64,000 nt of DNA, taken from contig CAWGED010000019.1 of assembly GCA_963821525.1 (NCBI GenBank), positions 960,001-1,024,000 of the forward strand. The letters are read 5' to 3'. The stretch's first letter is position 1. Each line of letters begins with the position of its first letter. Below, in pieces: positions 33,069 through 44,638 of the stretch. A model generated the notes under the pieces. That model was not told the origin of the DNA, ran no database searches, and worked only from the letters and a program-made list of their open reading frames with translations. Source of the stretch: an uncultured Gemmatimonadales bacterium. GTDB lineage: Bacteria; Gemmatimonadota; Gemmatimonadetes; Gemmatimonadales; GWC2-71-9. Made by a program: the position numbers and the translations under genes.

Positions 33069-34897
33069 CCGCTCTCCTGGATCTAATCGCAGACGGTCGC
33101 ACTCACGTGTGCGACGGCGCCATGGGCACCATGCTTTATGCCCGGGGCGTCTTCCTCAACGTGTGTTACGACGAGCTGAACCTGAAGCAGCCGGATCTGG
33201 TGCGGGAGATTCATCGTGAGTATGTGCGCGCCGGAGCGGAGCTGATCGAGACCAACACGTTTGGCGCCAATCCCCTCAAGCTCGCAGGCTATGGTCTCGC
33301 GTCGGAGACCGAGAAGATCAACGAGGCTGCAGCGCGCCTGGCCCTCGAGGCCGCCACGGGCCGCGCCGTGGTCCTCGGTGCCATTGGACCGCTCGGCGTC
33401 AGAATCGAGCCGTTCGGCGAGCTGGCGGTCCATGAGGCTCAGGCGACTTTCGCCCGACAGGTAGACGGACTGCTGGCAGGCGGAGTCGAGGGCATCATAC
33501 TCGAGACCTTCAGCGACGTGGAGGAGCTGCGGGCGGCTTTCAACGCGGTCCGCAGCAAGAGCAACATCCCGGTCTTCGCCCAGATGACGGTCGGGACCGA
33601 CGGCAAGACCCATTACGGCACCGATCCGGTGGACTTCGGTCCGATCCTGCAGGCGATGGGTGCCGACGTGATCGGCGTCAACTGCTCGGTCGGACCTCAC
33701 GGCGTGCTCGAGGCCGTGGAAAAGCTGGCGAAGGTGGTCACCGTGCCGATCTCCGCACAGCCCAATGCCGGCCTCCCTCGCGAGGTGGGGGACCGGAAGA
33801 TCTACATGGCCTCCCCGGAATACCTGGCAGAGTACGCGCGCCGGATCGCCGAGGCAGGCGCACGATTCGTCGGAGGCTGCTGCGGAACGACTCCCGACCA
33901 CATCAAGGCGGTTGTCGGGTTCGTGAAGAGCGTGTCGCCTCAGCACACCAGCGTCCGCGCGGCAACTCCGGCCCAGGCTAAGCCTCTCGAACCAATTCCG
34001 CTGGAACAGCGCTCGCACCTGGGTGGCAAACTCGCGCGGGGAGAATTCGTCACGACCGTGGAGATCGTTCCACCCAAGGGGGTAGACCCGGAACCGATGT
34101 TCCGCCAAGTGCGGGAATTAAAAGCCGTAGGGGTAGACGCGGTAAACGTACCCGATGGCCCCCGGGCCCAGAGCCGGATGGGCGCTCTGCTGTCAGCCCT
34201 GATGATTCAGCACGAAGTCGGGATGGAAGCCGTCGTCCATTACGCATGTAGAGATCGGAACCTCCTCGGCATGCTGTCGGATCTGCTGGGAGCTGCGGCG
34301 AGCGGGGTCCGCAACCTTCTCATCGTCACCGGCGACCCTCCGAAGATGGGCCCCTACCCGGACGCGACGGCTGTGTTCGACATCGACAGCATCGGGCTCA
34401 CGAACCTGGTATCGCGGCTCAATCACGGCCTCGACCCGGGAGGAAACTCTCTGGGGGAACCGGCGCGGTTCGTGATTGGTGTCGGAGTGAATCCCGCAGC
34501 CGTGGATCTCGACCGTGAACTGCGGCGATTCGCGTGGAAGGTGGAGGCGGGGGCTGAATTCGCGGTGACTCAGCCGGTTTTTGACATCGACCAGCTCGAC
34601 CGTTTCCTCACTCGGGTCGAGGCATTCCGAATCCCGATCATCGCGGGGATCTGGCCGCTCATCTCCCAGCGCAACGCGGAGTTCCTCGCCAACGAAGTTC
34701 CCGGAATCTCGATTCCGAATGGCATCCTGGAGCGGATGCGGAAGGCCAGCGTGAACGGTAAGGAGCAGGCGCTTCAGGAAGGAGTCATGATCGCCCGCGA
34801 GATGCTTTCCGCGGTCAAGGCCAGAGTGCAGGGAGCACAGGTATCCGCGCCGCTGGGACGGGTGCCGGTGGTGCTGGAGGTGGTGGGGAGGGATTGA
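33065..34897 (+). CDS. yitJ: Bifunctional homocysteine S-methyltransferase / methylenetetrahydrofolate reductase
   Basis: [22 protein letters not shown], then the MTHFR part [28 protein letters not shown]. Confidence 0.93.
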
Positions 34898-35002
34898 GGG
34901 GATTTCAGATTGAAGATTTCAGATTGAAGATTTTGCGATCGAAGATGGTCCTCTTTCAAATCTGAAATCTGAAATCTTCAATCCTGAAATCCATTCAATC
35001 CC
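34890..35002. repeat. Heptamer inverted repeat (GATTTCA/GATTGAA units) between convergent genes
   Basis: GATTTCA GATTGAA GATTTCA GATTGAA ... TGAAATC TGAAATC TTCAATC CTGAAATC. Confidence 0.82.
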
Positions 35003-35003
35003 C

Positions 35004-35705
35004 TCATCCCGACACTTTCAGCCTATACCCAACACCCGGCTCCGTCAGCAGCAACCGCGGATGAGTCGGATCCGCCTCGAGCTTGTGCCGGAGTTGGGTC
35101 ATGTAGACCCGCAGATAGTGGTTCTGGCCGATCGAGTTTATCCCCCAGACTTCCTTGAGCAGGTGCCGGTGTGTCACCACCTTCCCTGCGTGATGCACCA
35201 GGGTCTGGAGCAGCCGGTATTCCAGCGGCGTAAGGTGCACTTCCTCACTCCTCACGAAGACCTGACGCCGCGCCAAGTCCACCCGCAGATCTCCCTCCAC
35301 AAACTCCGGCTCCTCTTTTCCCGAGGCGGCAAGAGTCGCGTGACGCAGGGCTACCCGCATCCGGGCCAGCAGCTCGCCGACCCCGAACGGCTTGGTCAGG
35401 TAGTCATCGGCACCGGCATCAAGGGCAGCCACCTTGTCCGCTTCCATGCCGCGCGCCGAGAGCACGATGATGGGCCGGGTTGACCATTCGCGAATGCGTC
35501 GGGTGAGATCGAGCCCATCCCCGTCGGGTAACCCCAGGTCCAGAAGGATGATGTCCGGATTGCGGCTGGCGGCTTGAGCGAGACCTTCGCGGGCCGTGGC
35601 GGCTTCAACCAGATGGTATTGCCCGTCATCGAGTGCCGCCCGGAGGAAGCGGCGCATCTGGGGCTCGTCCTCGATCAACAGGACCAACGGCTGCGGAACG
35701 GCCAT
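35004..35705 (-). CDS. kdpE: Response regulator KdpE
   Basis: IEDEPQMRRFL, LDLGLPDGDG, ALDAGADDYLTKPF, YLRVYMTQLRHKLE, TEPGVGYR. Confidence 0.95.
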   Translation of the reverse strand: MAVPQPLVLLIEDEPQMRRFLRAALDDGQYHLVEAATAREGLAQAASRNPDIILLDLGLPDGDGLDLTRRIREWSTRPIIVLSARGMEADKVAALDAGADDYLTKPFGVGELLARMRVALRHATLAASGKEEPEFVEGDLRVDLARRQVFVRSEEVHLTPLEYRLLQTLVHHAGKVVTHRHLLKEVWGINSIGQNHYLRVYMTQLRHKLEADPTHPRLLLTEPGVGYRLKVSG

Positions 35706-35724
35706 GGTCGTGCCCCGTGGAGAT

Positions 35725-38428
35725 TCAGACGGTTTCGGCGATGGCCTCCCTCGGCGGGAGGGTTGGAGGCGTCCCTTCGATAGGAAGCGTGAACCGAAAT
35801 ACCGCTCCCCCGCCTGGACGGTTCTCCGCCCAGATCCGCCCACCATGCGCCTGTACAATGCCGCGGCAAATGGTGAGCCCCAGCCCAACGCCGCCACCGG
35901 GTGGCGCGCCCACCGATCGATAGAACTTGTCAAAGATCCGCGCTTCTTCTCCTGGCGGCAATCCCGGTCCCCGGTCCGCTACATCGACGACAATCGTCTG
36001 GTTGTCTACCCGGGCGCTGATCGTGATGGGGCTGCCCGCCGGCGTGTACTTGACGGCGTTCTCCAGCAGATTGATCAGGACTTCTTCTATGAGGAGACCA
36101 TCCAGCGGGACGAGGGGCAAGTCCGGCGGCAGTTGGACCTGTACCTCCCGCCCCTGCAGCCGCTCGTCGAGCCGGATGAGTGCCACGCCGATCGGCTCCT
36201 CCAGCGGCTGCCACTCCTTTTGCACCACGAGGGTCTGAGTTTCCACCCGGATCATATCGAGCAGGTTGCCGATCAGCCGGTTCATCCGCTGCGCCTCCTC
36301 GACGATGGTCTGCAGCAGATCTCTACGCACCTCATCGCGCATGGAACGGTCCTGGAGCAGACTGGTGGCCGATCCCGTGATCCCGGCCAGGGGCGTACGC
36401 AAGTCGTGCGACAGGGAGCTCAAGAGCGCGGTGCGGAGCCGTTCAGCCTCGATTTCCACCTGGCTCTGCTGGGTCTGCCGCTCCAGCGTCATCCGTTCCA
36501 GGGCAAGCGCGACTTGGTCCGCGAATGCCTCCAGGAGTTGGCGCTGAGCCGGCTCCTGAAAGCGCCGGGGATCTGACGGCATGACGCCGAGGACCCCGAC
36601 CAGGTGGCCGCTGGCGCGTAAAGGCAGATACAGGGCCTTCGCGGCGGGGAGAGTATCGGTGCCGAGACCGGCCGACTGGTCTCGCTGAAACACCCATTGC
36701 GCCACACCGCGCTCCCGGTCATCCAGAGAGTAAGTAGGAGCCTGCCCTTCGGGCGGGGCCAGGCTTCCGGCCTGGTCCGGCAGTAAGAGCTGCACCGCTG
36801 CGCCGAAGCTGGCGCCGATCTGGCGACGAACGACATCCACCAGCTGGGAGCGATCTCTGGCGGTCGCGAGCTCCCGGCTCATCGCGTACAGGGCTGCGGT
36901 CCTGCTCTCCCGCTCCCGGGCGAACGCGGCCTGTTCCCTTACCCGTACCGTCAGCCCGCTGATCACCAGAGAAATGAGCAGCATGACGCCAAAGGTGGAG
37001 ACGAACTGCAGATCGGAGACTGCGAAAGTCAAATAGGGGGGAACGAAGAAGAAATCGAACAAGGCGATGCTCACGAACACCGCCGCAAGCGCCGGCCCGC
37101 GGCCGGAGCGGCTCGACACGACCACTGTGCCGAGCAGATAGATCATCGCGATATCGGTGACCGTGAAGTGGCGGAATGCGGCCCATCCGGCCAGCGAGCA
37201 TAGCGTGACCACCAGCGCCGCCCACAGATACTCCTTGAGTGGCGACACGCGTGAGGGGGACGGAGGCCGCCGCGGCACATCCCCTTCGACCTCGCCACTG
37301 ATGACGTACACATCCACATCTCCACTGCCCCGGACCAGCTTGTCGAGCAGCGAGCCTCGAACCTTGTCCCGCCACCGCGGGTGGGTCGGCTTGCCGACGA
37401 TGATGCGAGTGACGTTGTGCTCGCGGGCGTAGGCCAGGATCTCATCGGCCGTGTCCTGTCCCTGCAGGGTGGCGACCCGGGCCTCGAGCTCTTCGGCCAG
37501 TCGCAGGTTTTCGACCAGGGCTTCCCGGTCCGTCGCGGACAGGCTGATCGCCGGGTTCTCGACGTACACCACAACCCATTCACAGGCCAGACGCGACGCC
37601 ATCCGGTGCCCGGCCCGGATCAGCCGGGCGCTGGCAGGGTTGGGTCCCACCGAGACCAGCAAGCGGTCGCCGGCGGGCCAGATCTCCCGGATGCCCTGCT
37701 CCCGCATGTACCCGCGCATCTGAGCGTCCACCCGCTCCGCCACACGGCGGAGCGCCAGCTCGCGGAGCGCGATGAGATTTCCCTTGCGGAAGAACTCTTC
37801 CCGAGCCCGCTGAGCCTGCTCGGGGAAGTAGACCTTGCCCTGCTCCAGACGACGCAGCAGATCGTCGGGGGTCAGGTCCGCCAGCTCCACCTCGTCGGCG
37901 GCGTCGAACACCGCATCCGGGACGGTCTCCCGGACCTGGATTCCGGTGATCTGGGCGACCACGTCGTTCAGGCTCTCGAGGTGCTGGACGTTCAGGGTGG
38001 TGTAGACCGAGATGCCGGCGTCGAGCAGCTCCTCGACGTCCTGCCACCGCCGTGTGTGGCGAGAGTCCGGTGCATTGGTGTGGGCCAGCTCGTCGACCAG
38101 CAGAATGGCGGGACGCCGGGCGAGTGCGGCATCAAGGTCGAACTCATGCAGGGTGACCCCGCGGTACTCCACCTGGCGGCGGGGCAGGACTTCGAGACCG
38201 GGGAGGAGGGCCTCGGTTTCCACGCGCCGGTGGGTCTCGACGATCCCGACCACGACATCCACGCCTTCGGCCCGCTTGACCCGGGCCTCCTCCAGCATGG
38301 CAAAAGTCTTCCCGACGCCGGGATTGGCGCCGAAGAAGACCTTGAGTTTGCCACGTTTCGCCCGCGCCTCCGCGTCCCTGAACCTGGGCGAGGAGGAGAT
38401 CGGGGTCCGGACGGCGATCGTTCATCAC
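35725..38428 (-). CDS. kdpD: Sensor kinase KdpD; frameshift near 38378
   Basis: RPDPDLLL...GKLKVFFGANPGVGKT, LVDELAHTN, RWQDVEELL, USP, 4 TM, GAF, SHDLRTPL. Confidence 0.95.
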
Positions 38429-38429
38429 C

Positions 38430-39008
38430 TCATGGTGTCGCGGTCAGGCTGTCCAGCGCAAGGTTGAGCCGGAGGACGTTCACTCGCGCCTCACCCAGGA
38501 AACCCAGCTGTCGCCCCTCGGTGTACTGCGCCACCAGGTCACGGACCTGGTCCGCTGACAGCGAGCGGGCCTGAGCCACCCGGTTCACCTGGTAGGCTGC
38601 CGCGGCCGGCGTGATGTGCGGATCCAGCCCGCTCCCCGAGCCGGTGACCAGGTCGATCGGCACCGGGCCCGTAGCACTGGGATCAGCCGCACGGAGCGTG
38701 GCAACCCGATCCTTGATCGCATCGGTAAGCGCGGGGTTCATCGGTCCGAGATTCGACGCTCCGGATGCCGCACCGTTGTACGCCGGACTGGTTCCGGACG
38801 CCCGGCTCCAGAAGTACTTCGGATCGTCGAACGGCTGGCCGATCAACGCCGAGCCGACCGGCTTGCCGTCTCGCGGAATGAGGCTTCCCTCCGCCTGACG
38901 CCGAAAGGCCAGGTGAGCAATGCCAGTGACCACGGCCGGGTAAATGGCACCGGTCAGGATGGTGAGCAGTGCCAGGGATAACAGCGCGGGGCGAAGTTCC
39001 GAACGCAT
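38430..39008 (-). CDS. kdpC: K+-transporting ATPase subunit C
   Basis: [44 protein letters not shown]. Confidence 0.95.
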   Translation of the reverse strand: MRSELRPALLSLALLTILTGAIYPAVVTGIAHLAFRRQAEGSLIPRDGKPVGSALIGQPFDDPKYFWSRASGTSPAYNGAASGASNLGPMNPALTDAIKDRVATLRAADPSATGPVPIDLVTGSGSGLDPHITPAAAAYQVNRVAQARSLSADQVRDLVAQYTEGRQLGFLGEARVNVLRLNLALDSLTATP

Positions 39009-39020
39009 AGGGTGCTCCAC

Positions 39021-41094
39021 TCAGGCCAGGTGCAAAGCCACGAGAATCATGTCGACGAGCTTGATCCCGGGGAAAGGCAGCAGCACGCCGCCTACCCCGT
39101 AGATCAGCAGGTTGTTGCGCAACAGCGCGGCCGCGCCGATCGGACGGTACCGGATCCCCCGCAAGGCGAGCGGGATCAGCGCGATGATGATCAGGGCGTT
39201 GAAGATCACCGCCGAGAGAATCGCGCTGTGAGGCGTGGCCAGGTGCATGATGTTCAAGGCACCAAGGGCGGGATAGGTGGTCGCGAACGCCGCCGGAATG
39301 ATCGCGAAGTACTTCGCCACGTCATTGGCGATGCTGAACGTGGTGAGGGCGCCACGGGTAATCAGCATCTGTTTCCCGGTCTCCACGATCTCGATCAGCT
39401 TGGTCGGATTGGAGTCGAGGTCGACCATGTTGCCGGCTTCCTTGGCCGCCTGGGTGCCGCTGTTCATCGCCACGGCCACGTCGGCCTGGGCCAGGGCAGG
39501 AGCGTCGTTGGTTCCGTCTCCCGTCATCGCCACCAGCCTGCCGCCCGCCTGGTGTTTCCGGATCAGCTCGAGCTTGGCCTCCGGGGTCGCCTGAGCCAGG
39601 AAGTCGTCCACCCCGGCCTCGGCCGCGATCGCGGCGGCGGTGAGCGGGTTGTCACCGGTGATCATGACCGTCTTGATGCCCATCTGCCGCAGCTCGGCGA
39701 ACCGCTCTTTGATACCACCTTTCACGATGTCCTTGAGCTGGATCGCGCCCAGCACCCGAGCTCCCTCCGCCACCACGAGGGGCGTGCTGCCCTGCCGGGC
39801 GATTCCCTCCACCGCGGTCTGCACATCGGCCGGCAGCTGGCCGCCAGCGTTCTTGACCCAGGCCTCGACCGCGTCGGCTGCGCCCTTGCGGATCTGGCGG
39901 CCGTCCAGGTCCACGCCACTCATCCGGGTCTGGGCAGTGAACGCGACGAAATGCGCCCCCAAGGCCTGTACGTCCCGCTCCCGCAGGCCGAACTTCTCCT
40001 TCGCCAGCACGACAATACTGCGACCCTCGGGAGTCTCGTCCGCCAGCGAAGCCAGCTGCGCCGCGTCGGCCAGGGTCTCGGGCGACACGCCGGTCGCGGG
40101 CATGAAGGCGACCGCCTGCCGGTTGCCCAGCGTGATGGTCCCGGTCTTGTCGAGCAGCAGGACATCCACGTCTCCCGCAGCTTCGACCGCCCGGCCCGAC
40201 ATGGCGATCACGTTCTTCTGGATCATGCGGTCCATCCCAGCGATACCGATCGCCGAGAGCAGACCGCCGATGGTGGTGGGGATCAGACACACCAGAAGGG
40301 CGGTCAGTACCGTCATCGTCACCGGTGTGCCCTGTCCGGCGGCCTGCACGCTGTAGACCGAGAACGGCAAGAGCGTCACGGTGGTGAGCAGAAAGATGAT
40401 GGTGAGGCCCGCCAGGAGAATCTCGAGCGCGATTTCGTTCGGGGTCTTCCGCCGCTTGGCCGCTTCGATCAGTCCGATGATGCGGTCGAGGAACGACTCG
40501 CCCGGATTGGCCGTGATGCGCACCACAATCCAATCGGAGAGAACCCGGGTACCGCCGGTCACCGAGCTGCGGTCTCCCCCGCTCTCCCGGATCACCGGGG
40601 CGCTTTCCCCGGTTACGGCACTTTCGTCCACCGAGGCAACTCCCTCGATGATCTCACCGTCTCCCGGAATCAGCTGGCTGGCATGCACCAATACGATGTC
40701 TCCGGCGCGCAAACTGCTCGCCGCAACGTTCTCGAAATCGAGGTGGTCGCCTCGGCTTTCTGAGCTTCTTGGCAAGGATGTCACGTCGTGCCTTGCGTAG
40801 CGTATCCGCCTGCGCCTTGCCTCGACCTTCCGCCATCGCCTCGGCGAAGTTGGCGAACAACACGGTGAACCACAGCCAGATCGAGACCCCGAGAATGAAC
40901 CATGGGTTCTCCGGGAGGCGGCCGCTGAAGGCGAGAACGGCCAGGATGCTGGTGAGCAAGCTGCCCACCTCCACCACGAACATGACCGGATTCCGGACGA
41001 CGTGTCGTGGATTCAGCTTTCGGAACGCGTCCAGAACCGCGCGCCGAACGATCGGGCCGTAGAACAGTGGCTTGGCCTTGCTCTGGGTGGACAT
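39021..41094 (-). CDS. kdpB: K+-transporting ATPase subunit B; frameshift near 40765
   Basis: [45 protein letters not shown]. Confidence 0.95.
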
Positions 41095-41101
41095 TGGTTC
41101 C

Positions 41102-42844
41102 CTACCTCGCGTGGATCATCAGGTGTTCGACGATCGGACCCAGGGCGAGTCCGGGCAGGTGCGTGAGCGCGCCCACCAGGACTACCGTGCCGACCAACAG
41201 CAGCACGAAGAGAATGGTGTGGGTCGGGAAGGTCCCGACGGACTCCGGCACCCGCTTCTTCGCGGCCAGTGAGCCGGCGACGGCCAGGGCTGGGATGGCG
41301 CACCAGAACCGGCTGAACAGCATTGCGATGCCCCCGACGATGGTGTAGAACGGGTTGGTGGCGGTGAGACCACCGAATGCGCTGCCGTTGTTGTTACTCA
41401 TCGAAGAGAAGCCGTACAGCATCTCGGTGAATCCGTGGGGTCCCGGATTCAGGACGCCGGACCTGCCCGCCGCCGTCGTGACCGCCAGAGCAGTGCCCAC
41501 CAATGCCAGCATGTTGGGGACGAGGATCGCGACCGAGGCCATCTTCATCTCGAAGGCCTCGATCTTCTTGCCGAGGTACTCCGGCGTGCGCCCTACCATG
41601 AGGCCGGCGATGAACACCGTGACGATCGCGAAGAGCAGCATTCCATAAAGGCCGGATCCGACACCGCCGTAGATGATCTCGCCCAGCTGCATCAGCCAGA
41701 GCGGCACCAGCCCGCCCAGCGGCATGAACGAGTCGTGCATGGAGTTGACCGAGCCGTTGGAGGCCGCCGTGGTGGCCGTGGCCCAGAGTGCGGAGTTCAC
41801 CACGCCGAACCGGACCTCCTTGCCCTCCATATTGCCGCCAGCCTGGCTAACGCTCGCGTGCTGGTCGACGACTTCGGCGGCAATCAGCGGATTGCCAGCC
41901 TGTTCGGTGAGAACGCAGGGGAGCAGTAACCCCACGAACACGATCGTCATCGCCGCCAGCACGGCCCACCCTTGTCGGGTGTCCTTCACCATTCGGCCGA
42001 AGGTGTAGCAGAGCGCCGCAGGGATCACGAGGATCGCGAGCAGCTCGAGGAAGTTGGAGAGCGGGGTCGGGTTCTCGAACGGATGGGCCGAGTTGATGTT
42101 GAAGAACCCACCGCCGTTGGTGCCCAGCTGCTTGATCGCTATCTGCGAGGCGGCCGGGCCCACCGCGATGGTCTGGGTGGTCACCCGCGCGGTATCGGGA
42201 CCGAACGGCTGCAGCAGGGGAACCGTCTGGTAGGCTCCGAAGGTCTGCACGACACCCTGTGACACGAGGGCCAATGCGAGCACGAAGGAAAGCGGCAGCA
42301 GGATGTAGAGCGTGCTGCGGGTGAGGTCAACCCAGAAGCTGCCGATGGTGCGCGTGGAGTGGCGTGACAGGCCGCGGATCAGCGCGATCAGCACTGCCAT
42401 CCCCGCCGCCGCGGAAACGAAGTTCTGCACGGTGAGCGCCAGCATCTGCGACAGGTAGCTCATCGTCATTTCGCCGCCGTACGCCTGCCAGTTGGTGTTG
42501 GTGGCGAAACTGGTGGCGGTATTGAACGCGATTGTAGGCGAAACCGCGGCCATGTGCGCCGGGTTGAGCGGCAGCACGGCCTGAGCCCGGAGCAGCAGGT
42601 AGACCGCCAGGGTACTGAGAAGGCTGAACAGCAGGAAACTCCAGGCGTACCGCTTCCAGTCCATCTCGTCGTCGGGACTGACCCCCATCACCCGGTAACA
42701 CAACCGTTCGACCGGTCCCAGGAGCCGGCCGAGCCACGTCGGTTCACCCGTATAGACCTTCGCCATGAAGGTGCCGAGGGGCTTCGCGAGGCCCAGCAAC
42801 ACGACCATGTACAGGCCGAGCTGGAGCCAGCCGTTGGTGGTCAT
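41102..42844 (-). CDS. kdpA: K+-transporting ATPase subunit A
   Basis: [40 protein letters not shown]. Confidence 0.97.
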   Translation of the reverse strand: MTTNGWLQLGLYMVVLLGLAKPLGTFMAKVYTGEPTWLGRLLGPVERLCYRVMGVSPDDEMDWKRYAWSFLLFSLLSTLAVYLLLRAQAVLPLNPAHMAAVSPTIAFNTATSFATNTNWQAYGGEMTMSYLSQMLALTVQNFVSAAAGMAVLIALIRGLSRHSTRTIGSFWVDLTRSTLYILLPLSFVLALALVSQGVVQTFGAYQTVPLLQPFGPDTARVTTQTIAVGPAASQIAIKQLGTNGGGFFNINSAHPFENPTPLSNFLELLAILVIPAALCYTFGRMVKDTRQGWAVLAAMTIVFVGLLLPCVLTEQAGNPLIAAEVVDQHASVSQAGGNMEGKEVRFGVVNSALWATATTAASNGSVNSMHDSFMPLGGLVPLWLMQLGEIIYGGVGSGLYGMLLFAIVTVFIAGLMVGRTPEYLGKKIEAFEMKMASVAILVPNMLALVGTALAVTTAAGRSGVLNPGPHGFTEMLYGFSSMSNNNGSAFGGLTATNPFYTIVGGIAMLFSRFWCAIPALAVAGSLAAKKRVPESVGTFPTHTILFVLLLVGTVVLVGALTHLPGLALGPIVEHLMIHAR

Positions 42845-42933
42845 TCGAACAGCTCCGGCTTGAGAAGCGCCGCGAAGAGATAGATGAGCAGCGCGATGGC
42901 GATGACCAGACCAACCCAGGTGAGCGTGGTCAT
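42841..42933 (-). CDS. kdpF: K+-transporting ATPase subunit F
   Basis: Manual translation [30 protein letters not shown]; stop overlaps the kdpA ATG. Confidence 0.9.
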   Translation of the reverse strand: MTTLTWVGLVIAIALLIYLFAALLKPELFE

Positions 42934-42943
42934 GACAGATTCC

Positions 42944-43027
42944 TCACAGCTTTTGACAGAGCCGGACAAACCCCCAGCTCAGGCCGAAGAAAATGACCAC
43001 CAACAGCACCAGTAACCCGTCGAGCAT
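42944..43027 (-). CDS. 27-aa hydrophobic micro-protein upstream of kdpF
   Basis: Manual translation MLDGLLVLLVVIFFGLSWGFVRLCQKL*; its stop abuts the GAGGA SD of kdpF. Confidence 0.72.
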   Translation of the reverse strand: MLDGLLVLLVVIFFGLSWGFVRLCQKL

Positions 43028-43071
43028 AGAGGCCCCAGGTTCGTGAACGGCTGCTAGCTTAGGACAAGTCG

Positions 43072-43126
43072 CCTCAGGACGGGGTAAAAACTGGCGCGGC
43101 CGGCATCAGGATTTCGTAAGAATCTT
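43072..43126 (-). promoter_or_regulatory. Candidate KdpE-binding sites
   Basis: Two similar units on the minus strand, TCTTACG-N4-CCTGATG and TTTTACC-N4-CCTGAGG (11-bp half-site period), upstream of a TAAGCT -10-like box. Confidence 0.45.
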
Positions 43127-43204
43127 CCGCCTTTGCCACTAGGAACCGGGCGGTAGCGCGATATCTTCCTCCGCCAGAAGCCCTTGCCCCTGCCCAACCG
43201 GACC

Positions 43205-44371
43205 ATGACCGAGATCGTGACCACCTCCCCACTGAGCCAATTGAGCGAAGAGGAGCAGCTCTTCCGCTCGACCGTTCGAGAGTTCGCGGAAACCGAGATC
43301 AGGCCTCACGTAGCCGAGATGGATGAGGCCGGCACCTTCCGGCCCGACCTGATCGCCAAACTCTTCGAATTGGGTTTGATGGGTGTCGAAATACCGGAAC
43401 AGTGGGGAGGGGCCGGGGGCAACATCTTCCTCGCTGCCATCGCCATCGAGGAACTGGCGCGGGTGGATGCGTCCGCCGCGATCTACGTGGATGTGCACAA
43501 CACGCTGGTCAACAATGCGATGCTCCGCTGGGCCAACGACGAGCAGAAGAGCCGCTATTTCCCCCGGCTGACCTCTAGCCTGCTCGGCGCATTTGCCCTC
43601 TCGGAACCGGCCAGCGGCAGTGATGCGTTCGCGCTCGAGACCCGCGCCGAAGACAAGGGAACCCACTGGGAGCTGACCGGACGAAAATTCTGGATCACCA
43701 ATGGTGGAGAGGCTGGCTTCTTCCTGGTGTTCGCCAATGGTGACTTCAGCAAGGGATACAAGGGCATTACCGGGTTCATCGTCGAGCGGGAGTTCCCCGG
43801 ATTCAGTGTCGGCAAGAAGGAAAACAAACTCGGCATTCGGGCCTCCAGCACCACCGAGTTGATCCTGGAGAACTGCAAGGTCCCCAAGGAGAACGTGCTG
43901 GGACCGGTGGGCCGGGGGTACAAGATCGCAATCGAGACTCTTAACGAAGGTCGGATTGGGATCGGGGCTCAGATGATTGGTGTGGCGCAGGGCGCACTCG
44001 AGGCCGCCATCCAGTACGTGAAGGAGCGGAAACAGTTTGGAAAGGCCGTCGCCGAATTCCAGGGCGTGCAGTTTCAGCTGGCCCAGATGGCGACCGAGCT
44101 CGAGGCGGCCCGACTGCTGGTCTATAACACCGCCCGCCTGAAGGACAGCGGTCAGCCGTTCCTGCGCGAGGCGGCGATGGCCAAGCTCTTCAGTTCCCAG
44201 GTGGCGGACCGAATCACGTCTCAATGCCTGGAGCTGTTCGGCGGATACGGCTATTCGAAGGAATATCCCGCCGAGAAGTACTACCGGGATGCCAAGATTG
44301 GCACGATCTACGAGGGAACCAGCAACATGCAGCTGCAGACCATCGCCAAGCTGCTTTTGAAGGAGCCCTAG
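43205..44371 (+). CDS. Acyl-CoA dehydrogenase (short/branched-chain type)
   Basis: FALSEPASGSDA, KFWITNG, KLGIRASST, GRIGIGAQ, ERKQFG, FGGYGY, IYEGTSNMQ. Confidence 0.95.
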   Translation: MTEIVTTSPLSQLSEEEQLFRSTVREFAETEIRPHVAEMDEAGTFRPDLIAKLFELGLMGVEIPEQWGGAGGNIFLAAIAIEELARVDASAAIYVDVHNTLVNNAMLRWANDEQKSRYFPRLTSSLLGAFALSEPASGSDAFALETRAEDKGTHWELTGRKFWITNGGEAGFFLVFANGDFSKGYKGITGFIVEREFPGFSVGKKENKLGIRASSTTELILENCKVPKENVLGPVGRGYKIAIETLNEGRIGIGAQMIGVAQGALEAAIQYVKERKQFGKAVAEFQGVQFQLAQMATELEAARLLVYNTARLKDSGQPFLREAAMAKLFSSQVADRITSQCLELFGGYGYSKEYPAEKYYRDAKIGTIYEGTSNMQLQTIAKLLLKEP

Positions 44372-44638
44372 GAGGCCGCGTGAAGCTGACGGCACAAAGG
44401 CAGTAGAAACCTGCCGCTTTGACGTTCCCGTCTGCAACGTTATCCGGCAACGGAACACCCTTTGCTCTTCATTTTGACGCCGGAAGGGCCCCGGCAGGGA
44501 TGAGGCATCAAGCGAAGTCATGACAAGGGGTTGCGGGGAGGCGTTCTCCCCTCGATCTTACCTGCCCCGCTTGTTGGTCCTCATCCGCAGGGCAAGACAA
44601 GCCAAATACAAGAAGTTCCCATACTTGAGGGCGCCAGA

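Noticed and set aside
34890..35002. Heptamer repeats as CRISPR arrays
   Set aside because: Units are 7 bp with no unique spacers, the arms are inverted, and there are no cas genes.
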